Below, in pieces: positions 20,756 to 30,603 of a stretch of DNA of 64,000 nt (positions are counted from its first letter, which is position 1; every line of letters starts with the position of its first letter). The notes under the pieces are model-generated. The model was not told the DNA's origin. It saw only the letters and a program-made list of their open reading frames with translations, and ran no database searches. A program made the position numbers and the translations under genes. This DNA comes from Armatimonadota bacterium (GTDB lineage: Bacteria > Armatimonadota > HRBIN16). Location: assembly GCA_026003175.1 (NCBI GenBank), contig BPGT01000003.1, positions 268,278 through 332,277 of the forward strand, written 5' to 3'.

Positions 20756-21327
20756 GAAATTACTCCCTCGTACACTTCAGCAAGAAGCAGGGTACACCCG
20801 ATAGAGACGAGGTGAACCTCCCCCTCCAGCCCTTGCACCACGTTCAGCAGCCAGCGTCCGTTCGGCTGGCGTTCGTAGTGTTCGACACGCGGTTCGCTCT
20901 GGGACACCAGCAGGTAGTCGCGCAAGGAAGGTATCTGGATATACTGCAGGAACTTCTCACCGCGGTCGCGTGCTTCGGTGGACTCGGAAAGCACCTCCAC
21001 GACCAGTGTAGGGTTGAGCAGCACGTCCTTCTGTTCATCACGAAACTGTGGCTCTCCACACACGACCGTCAGGTCCGGGTAGGCGAACATCTCCTGCCCG
21101 GGCGTTTGCACCTTCAGGTCGCTGGCGTATCCCCTGCAGGACGTGTGGCGCAACTGAGTGTGCAGAATCCCCGCCAGATTGAAAACAATCTGGTTATGCG
21201 CAGGGCTTGCTCCTGCGAACGCAAAGACCTGCCCACGTATGTACTCCCGCTTGACCGAGGAGCTGCGCTCTTCTCGCAGGTAGTCTTCGGGGGACAGTTT
21301 ATCCCGGTATGCACTGGGCAGAGCCAT
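20752..21327 (-). CDS. Uma2 family endonuclease (DUF820)
   Basis: 191-aa ORF; PD-(D/E)xK-like pattern (..YPDLTVVCG..D..LNPTLVVEVLSEST...D...K...Y). 4-nt overlap with DinB gene. Confidence 0.8.
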   Translation of the reverse strand: MALPSAYRDKLSPEDYLREERSSSVKREYIRGQVFAFAGASPAHNQIVFNLAGILHTQLRHTSCRGYASDLKVQTPGQEMFAYPDLTVVCGEPQFRDEQKDVLLNPTLVVEVLSESTEARDRGEKFLQYIQIPSLRDYLLVSQSEPRVEHYERQPNGRWLLNVVQGLEGEVHLVSIGCTLLLAEVYEGVIS

Positions 21328-21333
21328 CGCCTG

Positions 21334-21972
21334 CTATACCTCTCGACGCAGGATACTCCACTGCTCGGCGACATCCAGCAGGTCGGGTAGCGGCCGTTGC
21401 CAGAGCCAGCTTTCGCGCACCCAAAAGCCAGACAGCACCGTGCTATGGTAACGTCCTTCGCTATCCGGCTGAAGAGGATGATATAATCCATCCTCGCCGA
21501 GCGTGTACACCCGCATAACCTGCTCAGCAGGATCAATCAACCAGTATTCACACACTCCTGCCTTCTGGTAGTTCTGCAGCTTCTCCTGTGTGTCTCGCAG
21601 CTGGCTTTCGGGTCTGACAATCTCCGCCACCAGGTCTGGAGCGCCGTCCAGGTACGTGGTTCGCATCAGATGTCGACGCGATTCGCTCAGGAAGAAAACG
21701 TCCGGCGAGTAAACCACGTTCAGGACAGGAAGCCGTACGACGAAGGGCTCACCACGAACAATACCAGCCCTGTGGCGTTCTACAAACATGCGTAGGATGG
21801 AACGCAGGAAATCGTTCAGGTCAGCGTGCTGGTCAGATACCGGGCTCAAAAACCTCACCTCTCCCTCTATCCACTCTGCCCATACGTCCTCGTCCGTCCA
21901 CTGAAGGAACTCCTCCAGAGTCATGCGCTCAGGCGGAGCCTGTTTCGGGGGCAGGTTCATCTGCGCTTCCAT
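21334..21972 (-). CDS. Uma2 family endonuclease (DUF820)
   Basis: 212-aa ORF; GGAGGAGGGA before ATG; ..PDLVAEIVRPES...D...K...Y.KAGVCEYWLIDP typical of DUF820. Confidence 0.8.
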   Translation of the reverse strand: MEAQMNLPPKQAPPERMTLEEFLQWTDEDVWAEWIEGEVRFLSPVSDQHADLNDFLRSILRMFVERHRAGIVRGEPFVVRLPVLNVVYSPDVFFLSESRRHLMRTTYLDGAPDLVAEIVRPESQLRDTQEKLQNYQKAGVCEYWLIDPAEQVMRVYTLGEDGLYHPLQPDSEGRYHSTVLSGFWVRESWLWQRPLPDLLDVAEQWSILRREV

Positions 21973-21991
21973 CGGTATCCCTCCTCCCCGC

Positions 21992-23086
21992 TCAGGCGTG
22001 CTTCTGGCGGAAGTGCTCCATGAACTCTACCAGCGTACGCACGCCTTCGATGGGCATGGCGTTGTAGATGCTGGCGCGGATGCCTCCTACCGAGCGATGT
22101 CCCTTCAGCTCGTGCAGACCCGCTTCTTTCGCCTGCTGGACGAACGCCGTCTCCAGTTCTTCACTGGGCAGGCGCCACGTGACGTTCATCAGCGAACGGC
22201 TATCGGGCTGCGCGTGCCCGCGATAGAAGCCCTCACTGCGGTCGATGGCGTCATACAGCATCTGTGCCTTTTGCCGGTTAATGGCGTGCATCTGTTCTAA
22301 CCCACCGATGTTCTCCAGTAGCCAGCGCGTTACCAGCATCACGATGTACACCGCGAACACCGGCGGCGTGTTGTACAGCGAGCGATGCTCCGCATGCACC
22401 TTATAGTTGAGCATGGTGGGCAGGTTGTCCGGTACTTGCTCTAACAAATCCTGCCGAATGATGACGATGGTCACCCCCGCAGGTCCTACATTTTTCTGCG
22501 CCCCCGCGTAAATCAGCCCGTAGCGTGCGACGTCGATATGGCGAGACAGGAAGTCCGAAGAAGCGTCGCACACCAGCGGCACGTCGCCCGTCTCCGGTTC
22601 CGACGGGAACTGGATACCCTGAATCGTTTCGTTGGAGGTGAAGTGCACGTACGCTGCGTTGGGGTCTACCTCGTATTCGCCGTGCCCGGGCACACGGCTG
22701 TAGTTCTCGCCTTTGCCGTCCCAGACCACACGCACATTGCCTTCCCGTTGCGCTTCCGCCAGAGCACGCTTCGCCCAGGAACCGGTGACGATGTAATCGG
22801 CAGAGCGCCCCGTGCCGCGCAGGAAGCTCATCGGCACCTGCGAAAACTGCAGGCTAGCTCCACCCTGCAGGAACAGCACGTGGTATTCCGGCGGCAAGTT
22901 CAGCAATCGGCGGATGTTCTCCTCAGCTTGCGCGATAATCTGCTCGAAAGTCTTGGAGCGGTGGCTGATTTCCAGAATGGAAGCGCCCACTCCGGGCAGA
23001 GCAAGCAGATTCTGCTGTACCTCCTGCAGCACCGGCAGCGGTAAGGTCGCTGGCCCTGGCGAAAAATTGAAAACTCGTTCGGTCAT
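21992..23086 (-). CDS. serC: phosphoserine aminotransferase
   Basis: 364-aa ORF with SerC N-terminus (FNFSPGPATLP..V) and PLP-lysine region (..IYAGAQKNVGPAGVT..). Confidence 0.93.
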   Translation of the reverse strand: MTERVFNFSPGPATLPLPVLQEVQQNLLALPGVGASILEISHRSKTFEQIIAQAEENIRRLLNLPPEYHVLFLQGGASLQFSQVPMSFLRGTGRSADYIVTGSWAKRALAEAQREGNVRVVWDGKGENYSRVPGHGEYEVDPNAAYVHFTSNETIQGIQFPSEPETGDVPLVCDASSDFLSRHIDVARYGLIYAGAQKNVGPAGVTIVIIRQDLLEQVPDNLPTMLNYKVHAEHRSLYNTPPVFAVYIVMLVTRWLLENIGGLEQMHAINRQKAQMLYDAIDRSEGFYRGHAQPDSRSLMNVTWRLPSEELETAFVQQAKEAGLHELKGHRSVGGIRASIYNAMPIEGVRTLVEFMEHFRQKHA

Positions 23087-23151
23087 TACGGATACCTCAC
23101 TGCGGTTTATTCAGCATAATGGTACCAAATCTCGCTTGCGTTTTGCACGTG

Positions 23152-24267
23152 CTACTCCACCCACAGTCTTGAATCGTGGCGAACCTTCACCGTGCGGGTT
23201 TTGCCTCCGGGTAGTTTACAGCGGATGCTGGCAACATAACCATCTTCCGTCGCTTGCAAAACGGGCGGCTCGCAGCCGCGCAACAGCTCCGGCTTCCAGT
23301 CCAGTTCCTGTAAACTTTTCGCCCAGCGTTTGTGTTTTTCGTGGAACGCCTTCTGCGCATAGTACAGACGCATCAGCTCCGTGCGTGCAGGATATGTATG
23401 GTCTGGGCGGAACCGCGCTCTACCGACGGGAGCCGTGCTGAACTGCACGTAGCCCCAAGTTTCGGGGCGATGCATATTGATAACTCCCTGTGGCGACCAC
23501 ACCCAGTTGTCCTCCGGCATGTTGGGCACCTTCTCGTAGCGTCCGTTCACCACACGTACAAGCCACTCTACTCGCGAGAAGTTGACCCGCCACTGGTCGC
23601 CGTCGCGTGGAGGCACGGGGCAACCCGCGTATTCCGCCAGAGGCTCCCACGGGATGGCTATCTCCACGCTCCAGCCGCGGTCTATATCGTAGGGGTTGTT
23701 CAGGGTGCCATCGACGTGCACTGCTGTCTTCAGGCCAGGAATATCCCACTCTATCAGGGCGGTGCCGCCATCTTTGTAAGGTTTTTCCAGGCGAAGGTCA
23801 AAGACTGTGTTCAGCGCGTTGATTTCCAGCTCGTAGTACTGGTGGTTGTCTCCATCGGGGTCAATGAACACCTCGAAATCGTTATCGCGATAGATAATGG
23901 AGTCGCGCTTTGTCAACGTCGCCCACACGTGCGGTTCTTCCATCTCCGCGCCGACGTAGAAGTACTGGTCGTCCCACAACATCTTGGCACGCGTGCGGAA
24001 GCGTGGACGGGGGCGAATGTCTCCTTCGATATCCACAAAGTACTCTGTCCATGCGGCGTCGCGCCACGCCTCATCATCCAGTTTGCCGTCGATCACTATC
24101 GGTTTGCGCACGCGATAGCAGATGTAATGTCGCGGATAGGGTGCCTCTTTGAGCATATTTTCCGCCTCCCTGTTGCTAATGATGGCTGCGTCTCCGCCTT
24201 GCGCGCGTACTGGGCTCACCGCAACCCCAGAGCACTCTAGCACTTTACTGGAGAGTAAACCTCGCAT
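23152..24267 (-). CDS. carbohydrate-binding family 9-like (CBM9/DOMON-like) domain protein
   Basis: ORF 23152-24318. Start 24267 (MRGLLSSKVLECSGVAVSPVRAQG, signal-like) or internal M. Sequence resembles CBM9-like domain proteins. Confidence 0.7.
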   Translation of the reverse strand: MRGLLSSKVLECSGVAVSPVRAQGGDAAIISNREAENMLKEAPYPRHYICYRVRKPIVIDGKLDDEAWRDAAWTEYFVDIEGDIRPRPRFRTRAKMLWDDQYFYVGAEMEEPHVWATLTKRDSIIYRDNDFEVFIDPDGDNHQYYELEINALNTVFDLRLEKPYKDGGTALIEWDIPGLKTAVHVDGTLNNPYDIDRGWSVEIAIPWEPLAEYAGCPVPPRDGDQWRVNFSRVEWLVRVVNGRYEKVPNMPEDNWVWSPQGVINMHRPETWGYVQFSTAPVGRARFRPDHTYPARTELMRLYYAQKAFHEKHKRWAKSLQELDWKPELLRGCEPPVLQATEDGYVASIRCKLPGGKTRTVKVRHDSRLWVE

Positions 24268-25513
24268 GTTGCTTTTTATCTTTTTGCAGGTGGAAGTGGA
24301 AAACCTGTTTGTGTCCACGCAAGTCGGCTTCCACCTGGTACTGCCCGAAGAACCCCCGCAGGTGTATCTTCCCCTCCTTATCGGTCGTTGCCGAGCAAGA
24401 GGTACGCCACTCCTGCCGAATCAGCTGATGCAGGCGATGCCACGCAGGGCGTGGGGTGCCGTTTTCGTCCAGAAGTCCTCCCTCTGGCAGCCAGATCTCG
24501 TTCCCCTTCAGCCCGAAGTAGACGATTCCCGCCACCTGCGGATGCCCGAACACCGTGCGATAGAACTCCTCCACTGCATCCGCCTGCTGTTCCACACCCC
24601 ACACACCTTTGCGATACTGACCCTGTATGGGTGCACTGGGGGAACAAGAGTAAGCCAGCTCGGTGAAGTAGATAGGCAGTCCCAGCCGCGTGCCGAAAGT
24701 CTCACACGCTTGCCAGAGCTCTTCGGGGGAGGGCCAGTAGGTCGCCGCCCTGTCGTGAGCCTGAATGCCCACCGCGTGCAGGGGAACGCCTTTTTCCAGC
24801 AACATCTCCAGCAGTTGCAGGAACCGCTCGCGGGCGCGGGCATCGGCGAACAGCTCGTACTCGTTCACCAGCAGAGGGGCTTTGGGGTTCGCTTCGTGCG
24901 CCCAGCGGAGGGAATCTGCGACGTATGGGAACACCCTTTCTAAGGGTTCAAAACTATCCTCGGGCTTCTCCCACTCGCCCCACACGCGGCAATGTATGGG
25001 CTCATTCACGACATCCCATACCATGTGCACATCGCGGTAGTCTCGCACCTCGCGCTGGATACGTCGCTTGAGCAGTTCGTACTGGGTAGCGTGGTCGTAC
25101 CGAAACAGCCACAGGGGTTGTGCGGTCTTGGGGTACTCTCCGTACTGCCGACTCCATACCAGCATGTGTCCATAGAAGTGATCGATGCCCTGTGGGATGC
25201 ACCATTCACGGATAAACCGTCTCCTTTCGTCCACAAGGGGCTTGCCTTCGTCGGGTTCGTACTGCCCCCAGTTGAACTCCAGCAGTTCCACGAAGTTGAA
25301 TAGTTCTCGCACGTAGTGCAACGTCTTTTCGTCACGATAGTGGCGCGGGCGCAGCGGCACACCGAACAGGAAATCATGGCGCTGCTGCACCACGCGGACG
25401 GAGACATCCTGTGCGGGCGAACCATTGGGCAGGCGAAACTCCAGGAGTGCTTCCCCTTTGCGATGCTTCTCTATCCCCTCCTTTGATGGAGGGTAGGATA
25501 CTACGTTCTGCAT
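24245..25513 (-). CDS. glycoside hydrolase family 10 (endo-1,4-beta-xylanase-like)
   Basis: ORF 24245-25549 (TTG at 25549); first ATG 25513 (MQNVVSYPP...). Contains WDVVNE (GH10 acid/base) and IYFTELA (nucleophile-region) motifs. Confidence 0.75.
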   Translation of the reverse strand: MQNVVSYPPSKEGIEKHRKGEALLEFRLPNGSPAQDVSVRVVQQRHDFLFGVPLRPRHYRDEKTLHYVRELFNFVELLEFNWGQYEPDEGKPLVDERRRFIREWCIPQGIDHFYGHMLVWSRQYGEYPKTAQPLWLFRYDHATQYELLKRRIQREVRDYRDVHMVWDVVNEPIHCRVWGEWEKPEDSFEPLERVFPYVADSLRWAHEANPKAPLLVNEYELFADARARERFLQLLEMLLEKGVPLHAVGIQAHDRAATYWPSPEELWQACETFGTRLGLPIYFTELAYSCSPSAPIQGQYRKGVWGVEQQADAVEEFYRTVFGHPQVAGIVYFGLKGNEIWLPEGGLLDENGTPRPAWHRLHQLIRQEWRTSCSATTDKEGKIHLRGFFGQYQVEADLRGHKQVFHFHLQKDKKQHARFTLQ

Positions 25514-25639
25514 GGTGTTTTGCTCACAGGGTGTACTCTCGGTTCGCAAGGCTGGTTTTCAACGTGAATGTTTTGGGCATCGGACGGATTTTTGCCCTTC
25601 CAGTATACGGGAGAGAAGTAAGCGGTGTCAAGCAACAGG

Positions 25640-25824
25640 GAAGGTATTCGAGAATTGTTGAGAAGTTGGTTGTAGCGCAAGGAGAGAGGCGTTCTTGCTA
25701 TCCCTGCCTTACCTCACCCCCGTCCCCTCTCCTACGAGGAGAGGGGCGTTCCCCCTTCCCTTGCAGGGAAGGGGGCAAGGGGGTTAGGTTATCTATCCAT
25801 TCAACCAGCAATTTCGAACACCCT
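25640..25824 (+). mobile_element. MITE copy A (~185 bp), flanked by 9-bp direct repeat AGCAACAGG (25631-25639 / 25825-25833)
   Basis: Near-identical to 51347-51532 and to the reverse complement of 48995-49180. Right TIR TTCGAACACCCTC, left TIR degenerate (GAAGGTATTCGAG). Internal palindromes CCCCTCTCCTACGAGGAGAGGGG and CCCTTCCCTTGCAGGGAAGGG. Intergenic. Confidence 0.75.
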
Positions 25825-25884
25825 CAGCAACAGGACTTCGCCCTGCCGCCGTCGAAAGGTTATGGTCACGGAGGGGGGTAGGCA

Positions 25885-26769
25885 ATGGAAGGTTTCTTCG
25901 CAGCATTGATGAACCAGATATTCTGGCTCTTCCTGATATATTCGTTCCTTGCGCCGCTGGTGAAGCAAAGGATGTTAGAGGCGGCGCGGCTACAGGCGAT
26001 TGCTGCCTTCGAGAGGAAACGGGGCACGCGCGTGATCGCCATGATACATCGGCAGGAGGCGCTGGCGCTGTTTGGTATCCCTCTTTTCCGTTACATCAAC
26101 ATCGAGGACGCCGAAGAGCTGCTGCGCGCAGTGCGGATGACGCCAGCGGACCGTCCGATTGACCTCATCCTGCACACGCCAGGCGGACTGGTGCTTGCCA
26201 GCGAGCAGATTGCGCGAGCCTTGTGTAACCATCCAGCGAAGGTGACCGTGTTCGTACCGCACTACGCGATGTCCGGGGGCACCCTCATCGCTCTCGCCGC
26301 GGATGAGATTGTGATGGACCCTCACGCGGTGTTGGGACCGGTGGACCCGCAGCTGGGCGAGTACCCCGCTGCGTCCATCCTACGAGCCGTGGAGATGAAA
26401 CGTCCCGATCGCGTGGATGATCGCACGCTGATATTAGCCGATGTCGCTCGCAAAGCGATATGGCAGGTACGCCGCCTGCTGGAGGAGATTCTCTCCTCGA
26501 AAATGCCTGAAGAGAAGGCAAAGCAGCTGGCAGCGTTGCTCAGCGAAGGCACATGGACACACGACTATCCCATCTGCGCAGAGGAGGCGAAGGCGATGGG
26601 TCTGCCGGTGAGTACCGACTTCCCCGAAGAGATTCACCGGCTGATGGCGCTGTATCCCCAGCCTGTGCAACGCAAAGCGAGTGTGGACTACGTGCCTATT
26701 CCTTACGAACCGGATACTCGTCCGCAACCGGCGCCTCGCCGACGCACGCGAGGAAGTCGGAGTGTGTAG
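25885..26769 (+). CDS. membrane-anchored ClpP-fold serine protease (SDH/NfeD-like family)
   Basis: 294-aa ORF; GGAGGGGGG before ATG. N-terminal TM (IFWLFLIYSFLAPLV). Motif DLILHTPGG typical of SDH/NfeD Clp-fold proteinases. Confidence 0.7.
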   Translation: MEGFFAALMNQIFWLFLIYSFLAPLVKQRMLEAARLQAIAAFERKRGTRVIAMIHRQEALALFGIPLFRYINIEDAEELLRAVRMTPADRPIDLILHTPGGLVLASEQIARALCNHPAKVTVFVPHYAMSGGTLIALAADEIVMDPHAVLGPVDPQLGEYPAASILRAVEMKRPDRVDDRTLILADVARKAIWQVRRLLEEILSSKMPEEKAKQLAALLSEGTWTHDYPICAEEAKAMGLPVSTDFPEEIHRLMALYPQPVQRKASVDYVPIPYEPDTRPQPAPRRRTRGSRSV

Positions 26770-26774
26770 CGTTT

Positions 26775-28016
26775 TCACGGTGAGAGGGATTTTCGTAACG
26801 GGCGAGGCTCTGGCTCCTTCGTCACACGCAAACCCGCCCGGTGCATCCCTCGCTGTATCTCTGGACGACGCATAAACAGCTTCCACACGCCTCCGGTACG
26901 ATAGTCCTCTATCGCCAGCAATGCCATACCCAAGTCGATACCGATAACGTCCTTATCCCACCAGTCGCGATCCACATTAAAAGCGTTGCTGAAGCCGTAT
27001 CGCCCCCAGATTCTGGATCTGTAGCGGTCGTACATGGTTTGCATCGCACGGAGGGATTCCTTTGGGGTGAAAATGATGGAACCTATCGGCGCGGTGGGAG
27101 CTACCGTGCCATCAGGCTTGTCCCACATGATTATCGCTGCGTAACCACGATAGCCATCGGGTCCGTCGCAGGCGGTCAACCCCCACACATCCTCATCGAA
27201 AGTTTTGAATCTCTCTTTGTTGTCGATGCAGAACTGCCGACTGGCAAGCGTAGCGTTGACGGAGCTCACCCAGTAGTCCCAGCCCAGTCGGTCGCGGCGC
27301 CCGCGCAGGTCAATATAATGATGCGACATCTGATGCATAAACAACGGTCCGCCTGTCAGGTGCTCATATTTGCCCCGGTAGTTCACCACCGGACGTTCCC
27401 AGGCATCCCACATTCTTTCGGGCAGATTCTGGTGCGGCGCACCCAGAGCGAGGACGTACAGGATAATGTGCTCGCAGTAGGAATGCCAGCGGGTTTTCAG
27501 GAAGCCTTCTTCAGGGCGCCACCCGTGTGAAAGCAGCATCTCGTTGGGTTTGCTGCCGCCATCCGTGCGCATCACGTCGAAGTCTACACGGCGGTAAAAA
27601 CGCTCTACCAGTCGGGCGACCTCTCCTTTGAAAAACTCTGCCGCCAGCAGCGCGCCCGCCAGAAACAGGGCAGTGTCGATAGTGGACACTTCGCAGTTCC
27701 ACACGCGCTTGCCGCTGCGCCAGTCTACGAAGTGGTATAACCAGCCATGGAAGTGGAACATCTCATCCAGCACGAAGCGCAGGGTTTTGAGGGTCCTTTG
27801 TTCAGCCTGCTTGCGCTCCAGCCAGCCCCGCTGGACCGCTACCACGTTCGCTGCCAATGCATACCCTGTGCTGGCAACGCTGGCGATGGTGTAGTCGTCG
27901 GAAGTGAAGTTGCTGGCGCGGTCTTTGGTCAGACCGGTTTCAGGGTGAGACTCGTTCCAGAAAAATCGCCATGCGCGTTCCTGTACTTCGTTCATCAGCT
28001 GCTGGGTATCCATCAT
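26775..28016 (-). CDS. glucoamylase-like six-hairpin glycosidase (putative GH144/DUF3131-type)
   Basis: 413-aa ORF; GAGGAGAA before ATGATG. Sequence pattern resembles putative-glucoamylase (alpha/alpha)6 domain proteins. Family-level call moderate. Confidence 0.75.
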   Translation of the reverse strand: MMDTQQLMNEVQERAWRFFWNESHPETGLTKDRASNFTSDDYTIASVASTGYALAANVVAVQRGWLERKQAEQRTLKTLRFVLDEMFHFHGWLYHFVDWRSGKRVWNCEVSTIDTALFLAGALLAAEFFKGEVARLVERFYRRVDFDVMRTDGGSKPNEMLLSHGWRPEEGFLKTRWHSYCEHIILYVLALGAPHQNLPERMWDAWERPVVNYRGKYEHLTGGPLFMHQMSHHYIDLRGRRDRLGWDYWVSSVNATLASRQFCIDNKERFKTFDEDVWGLTACDGPDGYRGYAAIIMWDKPDGTVAPTAPIGSIIFTPKESLRAMQTMYDRYRSRIWGRYGFSNAFNVDRDWWDKDVIGIDLGMALLAIEDYRTGGVWKLFMRRPEIQRGMHRAGLRVTKEPEPRPLRKSLSP

Positions 28017-28136
28017 TTCTCCTCTGTGCTTACGGTGTGCGGTTTTTCTTGCCCGTCCATCTATACCTGAAAGTTGCGGCGACAGGCAAACGGAACCACT
28101 CTACTCATATCCGAATCATCACGAGTACTCCCATTT

Positions 28137-28173
28137 GGCACATAAAAGAATGGGCAGGGAAACCCTGCCCATT
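28137..28173 (-). terminator. rho-independent terminator (GAATGGGCAGGG-ttt-CCCTGCCCATTC followed by TTTTAT on minus strand)
   Basis: Perfect 12-bp inverted repeat 28147-28173, 14 nt past the stop of the DUF1559 gene 28187-29026. U-rich tract follows on the minus strand. Confidence 0.65.
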
Positions 28174-28186
28174 CGAGGAGGGTGCT

Positions 28187-29026
28187 TTAGCGCACCTGGC
28201 CGTTAGCCACAGCCTCGCGGAACGTGCGGCACATGGTATCCAGCCAGGTCAGGTCCATGCCGCCGATAATAACGTTACCGTTGGCATCCTTCGCGTAGCC
28301 CCACTTGTTGGTGCCGTCGGGGTTGTCATGGGTGCAGACGGCATCCCATGTGGTCCACTTGGCGTGACCGTCCAGATAGGTAAGGTTCACGGCGCGGTCG
28401 CTGCCTCGGTGGCGTGCTCCAAAGTTGGAGCCAGCGGCACCCCAGTTAGGATCGAACGCCATCCATGGACCATAGTCGGGCCATACGTCTTTGTGCTCGC
28501 CAACGATAAGCGTATTGGCGGGGTACGGGAAGTTGACCTCTGCATAGTTGAAGCCTGCCCACCACTCTCCAGAGCCGACGGGACTGCCCGACTTGAAGAA
28601 CGCATGGTACAGGAAGTAGCTGCGAACGGTCTTCTGTACGGTGGGCGGATAGACTTCGCAATCTACCGTGCCGTTGCCGTCTAAGTCGCCGCTGGTGTCG
28701 TCCAGGGTGCGGTTCAGCGGGTTGGTGGGGCATCTGAACAGATCCCAGTTCTTGATGTAAGGGAATAGCATGTGCTTCCAGTTTGCGTCACAGCCCTGTG
28801 CACACCAGGCGCCCGGGCAGGTTCGACGCATAGGGAGTACCTCGTCGTAGTCCTGCGAGTACATGCGGATGGCAAGTCCAATCTGCTTCATGTTGGATAG
28901 ACAGGACGAAACCCTCGCCGATTCTCGCGCCTGCGAGAACACGGGGAACAGGATCGCCGCCAGGATCGCGATAATCGCGATGACGACGAGCAGTTCGATG
29001 AGCGTAAAAGCTCGGTTGCGATACAT
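28187..29026 (-). CDS. DUF1559 domain protein with prepilin-type N-terminal cleavage/methylation domain (paralog 1)
   Basis: [30 protein letters not shown] (class III signal/pseudopilin N-terminus) and C-terminal YLDGHAKW (H-x9-DG-type DUF1559 motif). AAGGAGG before ATG. Confidence 0.9.
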   Translation of the reverse strand: MYRNRAFTLIELLVVIAIIAILAAILFPVFSQARESARVSSCLSNMKQIGLAIRMYSQDYDEVLPMRRTCPGAWCAQGCDANWKHMLFPYIKNWDLFRCPTNPLNRTLDDTSGDLDGNGTVDCEVYPPTVQKTVRSYFLYHAFFKSGSPVGSGEWWAGFNYAEVNFPYPANTLIVGEHKDVWPDYGPWMAFDPNWGAAGSNFGARHRGSDRAVNLTYLDGHAKWTTWDAVCTHDNPDGTNKWGYAKDANGNVIIGGMDLTWLDTMCRTFREAVANGQVR

Positions 29027-29082
29027 TGGATGTTCGACCTCCTTTTGGATGTAGTGTTAGATGTGTTACCTGTGCTGTTTCC

Positions 29083-29307
29083 CTAACGCCCCGGCGCGCC
29101 TGGTGTTATTGGCGCAGCCACGGGAGTATTGGTTTTGCCGGGTATCACGCCCGGATACATAGGCGGACCGGCGCCCGCCTCCTTTGCCGTCCGCGTGCCG
29201 CGGCTAAAGCTGCCGGTCATCGCCATATAACCCACGATAAGCACGATGACCACCACCACGATAACCGCAATCGCCACGGGCGGACTGACCTCTTTCTTCA
29301 TGTTCAT
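29083..29307 (-). CDS. small membrane protein (74 aa)
   Basis: GGTGAGGTGA before ATG. One hydrophobic helix AIAVIVVVVIVLIVGYMAM. Short, moderate support. Confidence 0.45.
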   Translation of the reverse strand: MNMKKEVSPPVAIAVIVVVVIVLIVGYMAMTGSFSRGTRTAKEAGAGPPMYPGVIPGKTNTPVAAPITPGAPGR

Positions 29308-29385
29308 AGCCTGTCACCTCACCATGTTACATTAACCGATTCAGTGTATTTGAAGCGAAAAGCCCTCCCGTGTACAGATGGCTGC

Positions 29386-30423
29386 TCAGGAACCCCCGCA
29401 AGAGCGGCGAACATCCAGAGTCGGCTCAAACACTCTGGCGACTCGACGAGGGCGTTCGCCGTCTATCAGCCGAGCAAGCGTTCTGACTCCCTCGCGCGCC
29501 ATCTCGTAGATGGGCTGGCGCACGCTGGTTAGAGGTGGGTCGGTGTGGTTGCATACCTCTGTGGAGTCGTAGCCGACCACAGCCACATCCTCCGGGATGC
29601 GCAACCCCAGCTCGCGCATGACCTGCATGGCGCGAATAGCTACATCGTCGCTCCATGCGAAGATGGCTGTCGGCCGGTTGGGAGAGCGCATTATCTCCAC
29701 CAGCGGCGTGGCATCTGAGAGTGGACCGGGCATTTCGATAACCCACCCCTCTTCCGGCTCGATGCCCGCTTCGCGCATCGCCTGCACGTAACCGTGCCAT
29801 CGATCCAGCGCGGGCGCGGAGTGCGAGCTTCCACGCAAATGCACAATCGCGCGATGCCCCAAATCCAGCAGGTGCTTTGTGGCAATATAGCCGCCCTTCA
29901 CGTTGTCGCAATCCACGTAGTACACATCGGGGCGGCGTGCGCGGGTGAAAATGAGCACATGCGGGAAGCCACTATCCGCCAGAATGTCCGACAAGGGGTC
30001 ATCGATGTCGCGCAGGAGCAATGCGCCGTCGATGCGCCCGTCCATCACCGCGTTCGCTTCGTGTTCCGCATCGTCGCCGTGCGCTCCGGTGTACATCATC
30101 AGGTCATACTGCTGTTCAATCGCTTCGTGCGACGCGCCATGCAGCAATTCCAGAATAAATCCCGACCACCCGCCGAAAATCGCTGCGTACTGCATCACCA
30201 CCCCAATAGTGTGCGTGCGCTGCTGGGTCAGCGCACGGGCGACGGCGTTCGGGCGATAACCTAGTTCCCGTATCACCTCCCAGATGCGCCGGCGCGTCTC
30301 GTCGCTGATGCGAACCTTGCCCTCGCGTCCGTTAATCACGTAGGATACGGTGACTTTGGACACGCCTGCTTTCTGCGCCACATCGGCTATGGTCACTCGC
30401 TCGCGTCGCATGGTTCCACTCAT
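29386..30423 (-). CDS. LacI family transcriptional regulator
   Basis: N-terminal HTH VTIADVAQKAGVSKVTVSYVING plus periplasmic-binding-protein-like sugar-binding core. Start 30423 or ATG 30411. Confidence 0.9.
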   Translation of the reverse strand: MSGTMRRERVTIADVAQKAGVSKVTVSYVINGREGKVRISDETRRRIWEVIRELGYRPNAVARALTQQRTHTIGVVMQYAAIFGGWSGFILELLHGASHEAIEQQYDLMMYTGAHGDDAEHEANAVMDGRIDGALLLRDIDDPLSDILADSGFPHVLIFTRARRPDVYYVDCDNVKGGYIATKHLLDLGHRAIVHLRGSSHSAPALDRWHGYVQAMREAGIEPEEGWVIEMPGPLSDATPLVEIMRSPNRPTAIFAWSDDVAIRAMQVMRELGLRIPEDVAVVGYDSTEVCNHTDPPLTSVRQPIYEMAREGVRTLARLIDGERPRRVARVFEPTLDVRRSCGGS

Positions 30424-30436
30424 TAATCGGTTAATG
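30423..30436. promoter_or_regulatory. candidate LacI-type operator half-palindrome TTAATCGGTTAATG overlapping lacI start codon
   Basis: Near-palindrome TTAATC|GGTTAA with central CG. A related copy TTACCGGTTAATG lies at 30591-30603. Confidence 0.3.
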
Positions 30437-30590
30437 CACTCTTAGTATAGCACCGCTCGCTGAGTTTGTCAAGAGGATAGACCCGATTTCCACAAAATTT
30501 TCGCGAAAAATCTGCAAAATTGCTTGACTTTTCTGCAATCTTGTGCTACTGTTTAAAGCAGAGGAGCGGGGATAGAGGTCAGGTTCGTTT

Positions 30591-30603
30591 TACCGGTTAA
30601 TGT
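30591..30603. promoter_or_regulatory. second candidate operator TTACCGGTTAATG upstream of PEP-CTERM gene
   Basis: Shares CGGTTAATG with 30423-30436. Lies between a promoter-like TTGACT-N17-TACTGT (30526-30554) and ATG 30670. Confidence 0.3.

Noticed and set aside
16165-20815. Long ORFs 16165-16920 (+), 17259-18374 (-, 371 aa), 18903-19931 (+, 342 aa), 20228-20815 (+)
   Set aside because: Each is antisense to a gene with clear family motifs (GH4, GH20-like, GH140-like, DinB). Composition is typical of GC-rich antisense frames.
23332-28684. ORFs 23332-24240 (+), 24149-24943 (+), 26841-27530 (+), 27971-28684 (+)
   Set aside because: Antisense to the CBM9-like, GH10, glucoamylase-like and DUF1559 genes. 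No RBS or motifs.
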